From Acutalibacteraceae bacterium (lineage in GTDB: Bacteria; Bacillota; Clostridia; Lachnospirales; Lachnospiraceae): 45,029 bases of DNA. Each line of letters starts with the position of its first letter. The first letter of the stretch is position 1. Under the pieces are notes generated by a model. The model did not search any database, was not told where the DNA came from, and worked only from the letters and a program-made list of their open reading frames with translations. Made by a program: the position numbers and the translations under genes. The stretch is taken from contig CAVBQH010000031.1 in the NCBI GenBank assembly GCA_963597485.1, positions 1-45,029 of the forward strand. The letters run 5' to 3'. Below, in pieces: positions 9,618 through 18,633 of the stretch.

Positions 9618-9682
9618 CTGCTGATTTTCATTCGTGGTGGTCCCAGCGTACGAATGCAAATTCACGACTGAAATCAGCAGGT
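9618..9682. repeat. Intergenic repeat module Y (imperfect hairpin)
   Basis: CTGCTGATTTTCATTCGTG / CACGACTGAAATCAGCAG arms; 3' part matches 15731-15755. Confidence 0.65.
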
Positions 9683-9710
9683 ACCAACCAACTGCATTTA
9701 CTTCTACGCA

Positions 9711-9740
9711 GAGACAGAGCCACATAAATGGCTCTGTCTC
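9711..9740. terminator. 12-bp perfect hairpin downstream of the liv/CMK-like genes
   Basis: GAGACAGAGCCA-cataaa-TGGCTCTGTCTC; no U tract, so may be a stability stem rather than a terminator. Confidence 0.45.
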
Positions 9741-9747
9741 CAATCTG

Positions 9748-10398
9748 TTATTTGCCCTTATCTTCTACTTCAATTCCAAGGAACAACGGAATTGCTGCGA
9801 TGATTCTGTCCACACAGCCATCAATGCCGTACCGGTACGAATCGAGCGAGATGTCCTCATGCGTGACATCCTTCCAGTCATCTCCCGTATAGTAATGATA
9901 ATACTCACTGCGACGTTTGTCACAATCCCGAATCCGTTTGTTTATTTCACGGTCCGACATGCCCAGATTATCGTGCTTAACCCGCTCTCTTCGGTATTCC
10001 ACAGGTGCATGAATGAATACCCGCAGCACATTGTCCTTGTCCGAGAGCAGATAGTCAGCACATCTTCCGATGATGATGCAGCTTTCGGTCTGTGCCATTT
10101 CCTTGATCACCTTCGCCTGAAAGCTGAAGAGATTTCTCGTGGAAACGTAATCATTGGAGTCCGGCGGAAGGATTTCACCGTTGTAAACCTTCTCTGCAGC
10201 ACTCATCATTTCCCGAAATCCAATCCGCTCGTCCGCTGCACCGAAAAGCTCCTCGTTGATTCCTGATACATCCGAGGCTCTGCGCAGCAAATCTCTGTCA
10301 TAATAGGGAATCCCCAGCCGTTCCGACAGAATCTTCGCAATCCTGGTACCGCCGCTTCCTTTTTCTCTTGCAATCGCAATCACATAGTTTTTCTTCAT
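9748..10398 (-). CDS. Cytidylate kinase-like family protein
   Basis: IAIAREKGSGG P-loop variant, IIGRCADY, VFIHAP, D..R..YY..YTG..W; ATG 10398 with GAGGA SD. Confidence 0.85.
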   Translation of the reverse strand: MKKNYVIAIAREKGSGGTRIAKILSERLGIPYYDRDLLRRASDVSGINEELFGAADERIGFREMMSAAEKVYNGEILPPDSNDYVSTRNLFSFQAKVIKEMAQTESCIIIGRCADYLLSDKDNVLRVFIHAPVEYRRERVKHDNLGMSDREINKRIRDCDKRRSEYYHYYTGDDWKDVTHEDISLDSYRYGIDGCVDRIIAAIPLFLGIEVEDKGK

Positions 10399-10427
10399 CT
10401 CAAAGTCCTCGTCCAAAGCACCTGAAT

Positions 10428-11132
10428 TTATGCTCCAAGGTAAGCCTTCCGCACCCGGTCATCCTCTGCAAGCTCCTTTGCCGTTCCCTCCATGGCGATC
10501 TTGCCGGTCTCAAGAACATACGCACGATCCGAAATGGACAGTGCCATCTTTGCATTCTGCTCCACCAGAAGAATCGTAATTCCGCTCTTATGAAGCTCTT
10601 CAATAATAGCAAAAATTTCCTTAACCAGGAGCGGTGAAAGGCCCATGGACGGCTCGTCCATCAGCACCATCTTCGGTCCCGTCATCAAAGCTCTTCCTGT
10701 TGCGAGCATCTGCTGTTCACCGCCGGAAAGCGTACCGGCCAGCTGACGGCGTCGCTCCTTCAGACGGGGGAAGTGGGCATACACCATCTCCAGATTGTCC
10801 GCAATCTTCTTGCGGTCATTCTCGATATAGGCACCCATATGCAGGTTTTCCTCTACCGTCATTCTGGCGAAAACATGACGCCCCTCCGGTACATGCGAGA
10901 GACCCATGCGAATGATGTTGCTGGCAGGAGTCTTCTGCAGGTTCTTCCCATCCAGCAGAATCTCGCCGGATGCCGCCGGAATAAGACCCGTAATGGTATG
11001 AAGCGTCGTTGTTTTGCCGGCTCCGTTGGCGCCGATCAAAGATACCAGCTCTCCGTCCTTTACCTGCAGGGAAATCCCCTTGATGGCGTGCACTGCACCG
11101 TAGTATACATTTAAATCTTTGATTTCCAGCAT
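10428..11132 (-). CDS. livF: Branched-chain amino acid-type ABC transporter ATPase
   Basis: GANGAGKTT, LSGGEQQML, DEPSMGLSP, VRKAYLG. Confidence 0.92.
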   Translation of the reverse strand: MLEIKDLNVYYGAVHAIKGISLQVKDGELVSLIGANGAGKTTTLHTITGLIPAASGEILLDGKNLQKTPASNIIRMGLSHVPEGRHVFARMTVEENLHMGAYIENDRKKIADNLEMVYAHFPRLKERRRQLAGTLSGGEQQMLATGRALMTGPKMVLMDEPSMGLSPLLVKEIFAIIEELHKSGITILLVEQNAKMALSISDRAYVLETGKIAMEGTAKELAEDDRVRKAYLGA

Positions 11133-11147
11133 ACGATGTCTCCTCCC

Positions 11148-11939
11148 TTACGCACCAAGATATGCCGCGATTACCTGCGGATTGCTTGCAATCTCCTCCG
11201 GCAGTCCCTCTGCAATGGTCTTGCCGTAGTCGATAACCTTTATGCGCTCACATACATTCATAACCAGAGACATATCATGCTCAATCAGGAGAATGGCGAT
11301 GCCGAAACGGTCACGGATGGTGTTAATGCAGTTCATCAGATCCTCCGTCTCTGTCGGATTCATGCCGGCTGCCGGCTCATCCAGCAGGAGAAGCTTCATA
11401 TTCGTTGCCAATGCTCTTGCAATCTCGAGCTTTCTTTGCTGGCCGTATGGCAGGTTGGATGCAAGCCAGTCCTTTTTATCATCCAGGTGGAAAATCTTCA
11501 AAAGATCAATGGCCTTCTGCGTGATCTCATTTTCCGTCTTCCAGAATGCCTTGGTCCGGAAGGTTGCCGCCACAAGGCCATAGGAAATATCCTTCGTAAA
11601 GGCTGCCTTTACATTGTCGAGCACCGTCATATCGTGGAACAGACGAATATTCTGGAAGGTTCTGGCAATACCGGCCTCCACGAACTGGTAGGTCTTCTTG
11701 CCGTTCAAGAGCTGCCCGTTTAGAAGCACCGAACCATCTGTGGGCTCATACACACCCGTCAGCATATTGAAAACGGTGGTCTTTCCGGCTCCGTTGGGTC
11801 CGATCAGACCAACCAGCTCTCCTTCATAGATCTTAATATTAAAGTCCGTTACTGCCTTCAGTCCGCCAAAGGTAATCCCCAGTCCGCGGGTTTCCAGGAC
11901 GGGAGTCTGACCTTCACGGTTTGCTATCTCTTTACTCAT
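11148..11939 (-). CDS. livG: Branched-chain amino acid-type ABC transporter ATPase
   Basis: GPNGAGKTT, LPYGQQRKLEIARAL, DEPAAG, VIAAYLG. Confidence 0.92.
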   Translation of the reverse strand: MSKEIANREGQTPVLETRGLGITFGGLKAVTDFNIKIYEGELVGLIGPNGAGKTTVFNMLTGVYEPTDGSVLLNGQLLNGKKTYQFVEAGIARTFQNIRLFHDMTVLDNVKAAFTKDISYGLVAATFRTKAFWKTENEITQKAIDLLKIFHLDDKKDWLASNLPYGQQRKLEIARALATNMKLLLLDEPAAGMNPTETEDLMNCINTIRDRFGIAILLIEHDMSLVMNVCERIKVIDYGKTIAEGLPEEIASNPQVIAAYLGA

Positions 11940-11958
11940 CTCATTTCCCTCCTGCCGC

Positions 11959-13113
11959 TTATTCCTTGGCGTCTCCGGCCTTCTCTGCCTTTTCCTGCGC
12001 CTTCTTCTCCTTCCAGCTGCGGATATCGCTGCGAAGATTTACCAGCGAGAATTCATAGGTTCCGAAAATTCCTCTCGGCCGGAAGATGATAATGACAACC
12101 AGAACAACCGCATATACCAGCATCGGATAGGTAAACACTCCCTGCAGACCGGTCGGCAGTGCCTTTACCCACGCGCCGTTCTTGATTTCATAGTTCACGA
12201 AAAACATGATGATTGCCGCAACAACCGAACCGGTCAGGGATCCCATGCCGCCCAAAACAACCATGACGACAACGAAGGTGGAATTCAGAATGCCGCCGTT
12301 TGTAAATGCAAAGGAGGACGTCGATAGTGTCTGGTTGGTGCATGCATAGAGTGCACCGGCAACACCGGCAAAAAATGCCGAGTAGGTAAATGTCAGCACC
12401 TTGTAATGAGAGGTGTTGATGCCGGATGCCGACGCTGCAATTTCATCATCACGAATGGCCTTAATGGCACGGCCGTATTTGGAACGAACGAACATGAACA
12501 TCATCGTAACGCCCACGATGGTAACCAGTACGCCAGCCCACAAATATTCAACCTTAGTCTTCGTACCAAAGCCCAGGCCGTTGGCATACAAAGAAGCAGC
12601 CGCACTTCCCTGATCCAGACCGTTCTGCCCGGCAAAGGGAAGGTTGTTGATGATATTGACGATGATCATTCCAAAACCAAGCGTGATAATTGCCAGGTAG
12701 TCGCCCTTCAGACGCAGTGCAGGAATACCGACCACAAAGCCGATCACTGCGGCCAAAAGTCCGGCAGCCAGAATGCACAGAAACAGGATCAGCGTAAATC
12801 CGATGCCGGATTTTTCCTCATATACGCCTGCCCGCTGCAGTGCCAGCGAAATCAGTGCCGCTGTATAAGCACCCACGGCCATGAATCCGCAGTGACCAAG
12901 AGAAAGCTGACCCAGGAATCCAAGTACAAGGTTTAAGGACGCTGCCAGAAGAACCAGGTAGCAGCACTGCCACAGATTCGGCGTCAGTATCAGCTTGAAA
13001 AAGTCGCCTTGTCCTGCAGGAGACGAGCTGATTATGCTGAGCAGAAGGAACAAAACCGCGGTAACAATGGTATTGATCAGATAGCCTTTGGCTGTTTGTG
13101 ATTTAAATTTCAT
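11959..13113 (-). CDS. livM: LIV-type ABC permease
   Basis: GQLSLGH, LRLKGDYLAIITLGF, VLGGMGSLTG, RPRGIFG. Confidence 0.9.
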   Translation of the reverse strand: MKFKSQTAKGYLINTIVTAVLFLLLSIISSSPAGQGDFFKLILTPNLWQCCYLVLLAASLNLVLGFLGQLSLGHCGFMAVGAYTAALISLALQRAGVYEEKSGIGFTLILFLCILAAGLLAAVIGFVVGIPALRLKGDYLAIITLGFGMIIVNIINNLPFAGQNGLDQGSAAASLYANGLGFGTKTKVEYLWAGVLVTIVGVTMMFMFVRSKYGRAIKAIRDDEIAASASGINTSHYKVLTFTYSAFFAGVAGALYACTNQTLSTSSFAFTNGGILNSTFVVVMVVLGGMGSLTGSVVAAIIMFFVNYEIKNGAWVKALPTGLQGVFTYPMLVYAVVLVVIIIFRPRGIFGTYEFSLVNLRSDIRSWKEKKAQEKAEKAGDAKE

Positions 13114-13134
13114 AACATACTCTCCCTGCGCCCT

Positions 13135-14031
13135 TTATACCTTTTCTCCTACGTTTTTGCCAAGCAGTCCGGCCGGCTTCAGAATAAGAACGACAATGAG
13201 AATCAGGAACACGAAAGCATCGGCAAGGCTGGAGCTCACATAGGTCGTTGTAAACGACTCCACCAGCCCGATTACAATTCCTCCGATCATTGCACCGGGA
13301 AGAATACCGATACCGCCGAGAACTGCTGCAACAAATGCCTTCAGACCCAAAAGAGATCCCATCGTAGTATAGATTTTCGGATACTGTGACATATACATCA
13401 GCGCTGCTACTGCGGAAAGTCCGGAGCCAATCGCGAATGTCAGGATGATGGTACGGTTTACGTTGATACCCATCAGGGTTGCCGCTTCCTTATCCTCTGA
13501 TACGCAGCGCATAGCGCGTCCGAGCTTCGTCTTCTGCGTGAACATGTACAATGCCAGCATGACAAGTGCGCCGATCACAATCGTAAGGATGGTTGCCCAT
13601 TCCATGGTAACCGAGCCGATGGTAATGCCGCTTGCCGGGAAGATCTGGCTGGCCACCTTCGGATTCGGTCCGATAGCAGGAATGGCCTGCGCGAGGTTCT
13701 CCAGCATGAGAGACACCGCAATGGCAGTAATCAGTGCTGTCATTGCGGTCCCTTTCTTGCGTACAGGACGATAAGCGATGATCTCTGTTCCCATGCCTAC
13801 CAGCGCACAGATTACAATGGCAGGTATGACAGAGAGCCAGATTGGAAGTCCCAGTGCTGTCATGATCGGGGTAGTAAAAATAATGGCGTAGCCGCCCACC
13901 ATGATGAAATCGCCGTGAGCGAAATTGATCAGACGGATGATACCGTAGACCATCGTGTAGCCAAGTGCGATCAGTGCATAGATGCTGCCGAGTCGGAGCC
14001 CGACGATCAGTGTCTGAATAAATGTGCTCAT
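13135..14031 (-). CDS. livH: LIV-type ABC permease
   Basis: ALGYTMVYG..INFAHG, AAVLGGIG, KPAGLLG. Confidence 0.92.
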   Translation of the reverse strand: MSTFIQTLIVGLRLGSIYALIALGYTMVYGIIRLINFAHGDFIMVGGYAIIFTTPIMTALGLPIWLSVIPAIVICALVGMGTEIIAYRPVRKKGTAMTALITAIAVSLMLENLAQAIPAIGPNPKVASQIFPASGITIGSVTMEWATILTIVIGALVMLALYMFTQKTKLGRAMRCVSEDKEAATLMGINVNRTIILTFAIGSGLSAVAALMYMSQYPKIYTTMGSLLGLKAFVAAVLGGIGILPGAMIGGIVIGLVESFTTTYVSSSLADAFVFLILIVVLILKPAGLLGKNVGEKV

Positions 14032-14091
14032 GCCTTCACTCTTTCTTCGTAGAATTCTTTTAGTTTCCCAGGATCCGATGATGCGATAAAT

Positions 14092-14132
14092 CCGGTTCCG
14101 GGCATTGGAGGCTTTCCTTTGTCCGGAACCGG
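14092..14132 (-). other. Stem-loop between binding-protein and permease genes (partial terminator / mRNA stabiliser)
   Basis: CCGGTTCCGGACA...TGCCCGGAACCGG on the minus strand. Confidence 0.55.
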
Positions 14133-14166
14133 TGTCCTATCAGAGCTTTACTTTCTCTTCCTTGCT

Positions 14167-15408
14167 TTATTCCTCAGGCAGGCTGGTTACAACGTCCAGG
14201 AGCTCGGAGGAAACGGTGGTGCCGTCCGATACGAAGGAAATGATGGATGCACCCTTGGAAGGTGTTCCTGTCTCATCCAGCGAGAAGGTGCCTGTTACAC
14301 AGGTATATACCGCAGAGGTATCTGCCAGTGCATCGCGGACAGCGGAAGCATCACTGCTGCCTGCTCTTTCGATGGCATCCTTATACATGTACACGCAGTC
14401 ATAAGCCAGAGCTGCGAAGCAGATCGGTGTCTCGTTGTACTCTGCCTCATAAGCTTTAACGAAGTTCTGAACAACCTCCGAAGTATCCGAAGAATCGAAG
14501 TGGTTTGTCCAGTAAACCTTGTTGAAGGCGGTGAGATCTGCGCCGTCAACCGTGTAGTCCAGGGACCCGTCGTAGCCGTCAGCACCCATGATGATTCCGT
14601 CATAGCCTGCTGCACGGGCCTGTGTTACAAGGTAAGGTCCGATTACATCGTAGTAGTACGGGCAGTAAACCAGCTCAACACCAGCCTTCACCATAGAAGC
14701 AAACTGGTTTGTATAATCCTGTACATCCATGGATGCGGTGGATTCTACTGCATCTACGCTGACGCCGTACTTCTCGCATGCTGCAGAGAAGGAATCGTAC
14801 AGACCTTTGGAATACGTATCTGCTGCGCAGTATACAACGCCGACACTGGTGTATCCGGACTGCTTTGCATAGGCCGCTGCGATGGCTCCCTGGAAGGAGT
14901 CTGCGTAGCATGCGCGGAACACATAATCATCATCCGTCGTAATGGAATCTGCCGTTGCAGAAGGTGTGATCATTACAACGCCTTCCTCATTTGCAGCGCC
15001 GGTAATTGCGCTCGTGCAGCCGGAGGTTACTGAACCAACAACCAGTCCTACACCCTCTGATACCAGGGAGTTAAACGCATTCAGGCACTCCGTAGGATCT
15101 GACTGATCATCGGTAGTGATGAGCTCGATCTGCTTGCCGTCAATGCCGCCGGCCTCATTGATTTCCTTTACCGCAAGGGTTGCGCCGTTGGTTGCGGCAC
15201 TACCAAAGGAAGCGTATGATCCAGTTTTCGGAGCGATGGTTCCGATTTTAATCGTATCGCCGGAGGAAGTGCTCTCCGCAGCTTCTGCTGTCTCTTCCGA
15301 TGCTTCCGAGGATGCAGAGGAAGAAGAGGATGTGGTGGTGGAGCCGCAGGCAGCCATTGATAATGCGGTAACTCCAGCCAGTAACGCGCTTAAAATTCTC
15401 TTTTTCAT
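14167..15408 (-). CDS. livK: LIV-type ABC substrate-binding lipoprotein (LivJ/K family)
   Basis: MKKR signal peptide, lipobox MAAC, Ser-rich linker, EINEAGGIDGK, YVFRAC; ATG 15408 after GGAGG. Confidence 0.88.
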   Translation of the reverse strand: MKKRILSALLAGVTALSMAACGSTTTSSSSSASSEASEETAEAAESTSSGDTIKIGTIAPKTGSYASFGSAATNGATLAVKEINEAGGIDGKQIELITTDDQSDPTECLNAFNSLVSEGVGLVVGSVTSGCTSAITGAANEEGVVMITPSATADSITTDDDYVFRACYADSFQGAIAAAYAKQSGYTSVGVVYCAADTYSKGLYDSFSAACEKYGVSVDAVESTASMDVQDYTNQFASMVKAGVELVYCPYYYDVIGPYLVTQARAAGYDGIIMGADGYDGSLDYTVDGADLTAFNKVYWTNHFDSSDTSEVVQNFVKAYEAEYNETPICFAALAYDCVYMYKDAIERAGSSDASAVRDALADTSAVYTCVTGTFSLDETGTPSKGASIISFVSDGTTVSSELLDVVTSLPEE

Positions 15409-15464
15409 AATAGTGTCCTCCATATGACTTGTTTCCGGTGATTTACTGCTATCGCCGTGTTTTC

Positions 15465-15582
15465 TTCCTCCGGATACAGAAAAAGCGCCCGACACCCAGT
15501 ATCTGAATGCCCGACGCCTTTGCCGTATTCGGAGGAAACACAAAGAGGTGATCGACAGGTTCCCCTGCCATCACCTCTTTGT
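15465..15582 (-). ncRNA. Structured 5' leader of livK (two long tandem hairpins), no recognised family
   Basis: 19-bp stem with GGAA tetraloop (15540-15582) and a 35-position rod (15465-15537) whose G-U pairs only work on the minus strand. Confidence 0.55.
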
Positions 15583-15594
15583 AATGTAAACTCT

Positions 15595-15622
15595 ATTATA
15601 TTCAGCTTTCTTTAAGCCGCAA
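15595..15622 (-). promoter_or_regulatory. Sigma-A promoter of the liv operon
   Basis: TTGCGG-16-TATAAT. Confidence 0.6.
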
Positions 15623-15625
15623 TGG

Positions 15626-15641
15626 TAATTGTATACAATTA
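15626..15641. promoter_or_regulatory. Palindromic operator, GntR/FadR-like
   Basis: Perfect 16-bp palindrome TAATTGTATACAATTA next to the -35. Confidence 0.6.
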
Positions 15642-15680
15642 TACACTACTTATTTCGCATATTTTGTATGCATGAATACA

Positions 15681-15757
15681 GGTGTCTATTCAGCGCCTTC
15701 CATATTTCAGCGTATCCCGCTGCTTGCAGACAAATTCACGCTTGAAATCGGCAGGCG
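15681..15757. repeat. Intergenic repeat module Y with terminal motif
   Basis: Roughly 80% identical by eye to the reverse complement of 18550-18627. Confidence 0.8.
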
Positions 15758-15775
15758 ATCAAGGAGCGACGCGCT

Positions 15776-16657
15776 TTATTTCGTCACTGCAGCTGCCAGC
15801 GCCTTCAGAATTTCCTGCTCGATCTGAGCCTCATATCCGTCAACATGTGCCACTCTCTCATGTGTAACGCCGTCCACGCTTCCGATTTCCACGGTTGCCT
15901 GGATGTAGCTTTCTACCTTTTGATCCACCGGTACGCCGTCAATAACAGAATACACGGTCTTTCCGGTTGCTCTTTCCAGCGCTGCGGCAATGCCGTAGGC
16001 GCCCCAGTTCGACACGCTGGCCGTCAGCAGAAGGTCTGTGCGAACCCGGCAGGGAACCAGTAACAGATCCTTCGTAATAATATCTGCAAGATTTCCCATG
16101 CCGATTTCATTGCCGCCGTCGCCAACTCCGATGGTTCGAACCCGCTTTTCTCCCTCTGCGGCATCCGGGCCGACAAGCTCAAAAATACGATCCACAGGTG
16201 CCGTGTTTTCCAGAATACTGATCCCCCGCATATTGGCGTAATCGTCTTCTATATTTTTTCCGCAGCGCTCAATGGATATCATGCCGACCGGCTTATACTT
16301 ATCTACCACAGCAAGGCAGGCTGCATCGTCTGCATCCATGGGAAGGTACTCGACATCGATTCCTTCCATTTCAAAGAATCCTCTGCAGAAGGAATCTGTT
16401 ACTACAACCGGGTGATATCCCAGTGCCTGCAAAGCCTTCGCTTCCACCATTGTTCCTGCGGGGCCGTCTGTTTCTGCATATCCAGCTACATAAAAGCCGG
16501 TTGCCAAAAGAACATTTCCCTTTTCCCAGGATAGAATTTCCTCAGCAGCCCTTTCGCACAGATTCTCTTCCTGGTGCTCTCTTAAAACGTGCATTCCTCT
16601 CTGTGTATAGCGAAGAACGATTTCATCCAGGTCTTTGCTGATAAATGTCTCGCTCAT
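15776..16657 (-). CDS. DUF4392 protein (D-glutamate cyclase C-terminal-like domain)
   Basis: TGF..AETDGPAG, ISIERCG...YANMRG, GVGDGGNEIGMG, SVSNWGAYG. Confidence 0.82.
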   Translation of the reverse strand: MSETFISKDLDEIVLRYTQRGMHVLREHQEENLCERAAEEILSWEKGNVLLATGFYVAGYAETDGPAGTMVEAKALQALGYHPVVVTDSFCRGFFEMEGIDVEYLPMDADDAACLAVVDKYKPVGMISIERCGKNIEDDYANMRGISILENTAPVDRIFELVGPDAAEGEKRVRTIGVGDGGNEIGMGNLADIITKDLLLVPCRVRTDLLLTASVSNWGAYGIAAALERATGKTVYSVIDGVPVDQKVESYIQATVEIGSVDGVTHERVAHVDGYEAQIEQEILKALAAAVTK

Positions 16658-17427
16658 TCTGCAATTACCTCCTTAATAGGTACCACATCCACACCCTCTG
16701 CTTCCAATGTCTTTCTTATTCTCTCAGAAAACTGTACCGCCTTCGGGTTGTCTCCGTGCAGGCAGATGGAATCCGGAATAACCTCTATCTCTTTTCCGGT
16801 GATGGCGGTTACCTTGTGCTCCTTCACCATCGACACAACGCGGCGAATAGCCTCCTCTTCATCCGTGATCACAGCACCTTCCTTGGAACGAGCCACCAAC
16901 GATCCGTCCTCTTCATAGGCGCGGTCTGCAAACACCTCTCTTGCGAAGGGAAGTCCGGCCCTCTTTGCTCCCTCGATCAGCTCCGATCCGGAAAGTCCCA
17001 GAAGAATCAGGGACGGATCTACAGCTTTGATGCCCTCACAAATGGCGTCCGCCATTTCCGGATCCTTTCCTGCCATATTGTACATTGCTCCATGGGGCTT
17101 GACGTGCTGCAGCGGAACACCCGCGGCATCGCAGAAGGCCTTCAATGCGCCAATCTGATAGATGATCATTGCCTTTAGCTCCGGTGCGGAAACCTTCAGA
17201 TTCCGTCTGCCGAAGCCAACAAGATCCGGAAAGCCGGGATGTGCACCGACTGCAACCTTCGCCGCCTTGCAGGCCGCTACGGTTTTCTCCATTACAAGAG
17301 GATCCGATGCATGAAAGCCGCAGGCTACATTGGCAGATGAAATGTGTGCCACAACGTCCTGATCCATGCCGATCTTATAATTGCCGAAGCTTTCTCCCAT
17401 ATCACAGTTTAAATCAATCTTCATCAT
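16654..17427 (-). CDS. pxpA: 5-oxoprolinase subunit A (LamB/YcsF)
   Basis: DLNCDMGES, ANVACGFHASD, HVKPHGAMYN, EVFADRAY, ICLHGD. Confidence 0.93.
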   Translation of the reverse strand: MMKIDLNCDMGESFGNYKIGMDQDVVAHISSANVACGFHASDPLVMEKTVAACKAAKVAVGAHPGFPDLVGFGRRNLKVSAPELKAMIIYQIGALKAFCDAAGVPLQHVKPHGAMYNMAGKDPEMADAICEGIKAVDPSLILLGLSGSELIEGAKRAGLPFAREVFADRAYEEDGSLVARSKEGAVITDEEEAIRRVVSMVKEHKVTAITGKEIEVIPDSICLHGDNPKAVQFSERIRKTLEAEGVDVVPIKEVIAE

Positions 17428-17475
17428 GTCCTTCTTTCTGTGAAAAACCTCGATTTAGCCAGTGCATCGATTTTT

Positions 17476-17567
17476 ATCACTGTTCATACTCCATCTCGAT
17501 TTTGATACTCGAAAATACCCGATGGCATTTTCTCCTCGCATTCAGAAAACCAAGGTACAGCTGGCCA
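17476..17567. repeat. Degenerate intergenic repeat (module X)
   Basis: ACTGTTCA..CCATCTCGATTTT and TTCAGAAAACC..GCTGGCCA shared with 18473-18529. Confidence 0.6.
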
Positions 17568-18353
17568 TCAATATTTCAAATTTATATTCTTCACATCGGT
17601 TACAAACATGTGACCCGGTGCGTGTGTGATTACATATTCCGGTTTGGACTGCATAATCACGTTCTGGGGTGTTACGCCGCAGGGCCAGAATACAGGGACC
17701 TCTCCTTCACGGATGGTTACCATATCCCCGTAATCCGGATGCTCCAGATCGGTAATTCCGATCACGGACGGATCTCCGATATGAATCGGCGCACCGTGCA
17801 CTTTCGGCATTGCTCCGGTGATCAGTACAGCCTTCGGCACCAGTGCGTAAGGAATCGGCCGCATGGATACAACCATGTTTCCGTGGAAGATTCCTGCGGA
17901 CTGGCAGGGGATGTTGGTATTGTACATCGGCACATTGCATCCTTCCTCGATCTGTCGTACCGGTACATCCGCCTCCAGCAGATCTCCCTCGAAGGAAAAG
18001 CTGCAACCGATCAGGAAGCTGACCAGATCATCTCTCCAGAACGGTCTTGCATCTGTCACCTCATGAGTCATTACGCCATGCTCATAAACCCGGTACTTGG
18101 GAATATCCGTTGCAATATCCGTGCCCGCTGCGATGCTGTGGAGCTCTCTGCTGCCGACATCACTCACCTCCAGAAGGGGGCAGGCTCTTGGATTTCTCTG
18201 CGCGAACAACAGAAAGTCATACGCTATTTCCTTTGGCAGCGAAACCAGATTCGCCTGTGCATATCCGCGGCACATTCCTGATGTTTCTGTAGTAATAACT
18301 TCCTCCCGGATCAGCTTTCTAAGCTCCGACGGCATAATTGATGTATAATCCAT
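17568..18353 (-). CDS. DUF1445 / YcsI putative hydro-lyase (D-glutamate cyclase N-terminal-like)
   Basis: GYAQANL, RNPRACP, GCSFSFE, VVSMRP, HGAP, FWPCGVTPQ, THAPGHM. Confidence 0.9.
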   Translation of the reverse strand: MDYTSIMPSELRKLIREEVITTETSGMCRGYAQANLVSLPKEIAYDFLLFAQRNPRACPLLEVSDVGSRELHSIAAGTDIATDIPKYRVYEHGVMTHEVTDARPFWRDDLVSFLIGCSFSFEGDLLEADVPVRQIEEGCNVPMYNTNIPCQSAGIFHGNMVVSMRPIPYALVPKAVLITGAMPKVHGAPIHIGDPSVIGITDLEHPDYGDMVTIREGEVPVFWPCGVTPQNVIMQSKPEYVITHAPGHMFVTDVKNINLKY

Positions 18354-18472
18354 ATTCCCTCCTGTCTCATATACCCGCTGTTACAGCAAAAGATTCTCTC
18401 AGCCATAACCAAGAGAATCTTTTCCGCAATGCATCCTCCGCACAGATGCGGCTGACTAAATCAGCATTTAAT

Positions 18473-18626
18473 GTAACTATTCAGCGCCCATCTCGATTTT
18501 CCTTCAGAAAACCTCGATGTGGCTGGCCAAAGGCGCTTCGCGCCTTGGCCGCCTGCCAATTTCAATCGTGAATATGCCTGCAAGCAGAGGGTTCACGTTG
18601 AAATGTGGCAGGTGCTGAACAGATAC
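18473..18626. repeat. Complete composite intergenic repeat with 16-bp imperfect terminal inverted repeats
   Basis: GTAACTATTCAGCGCC ... GGTGCTGAACAGATAC (13/16); three internal hairpins whose modules recur elsewhere in the window. Confidence 0.75.
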
Positions 18627-18633
18627 CATTTCA

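Noticed and set aside
8612..9727. 371-aa antisense ORF (likewise 17169-18281, 14119-15033, 2724-3596)
   Set aside because: Each lies opposite a well-supported gene and looks like no known protein.
15682..15867. Small ORF sharing 'NSRLKSAG' with the end of ORF 8612-9727
   Set aside because: The shared peptide is just the translated DNA repeat (module Y), not a protein family.
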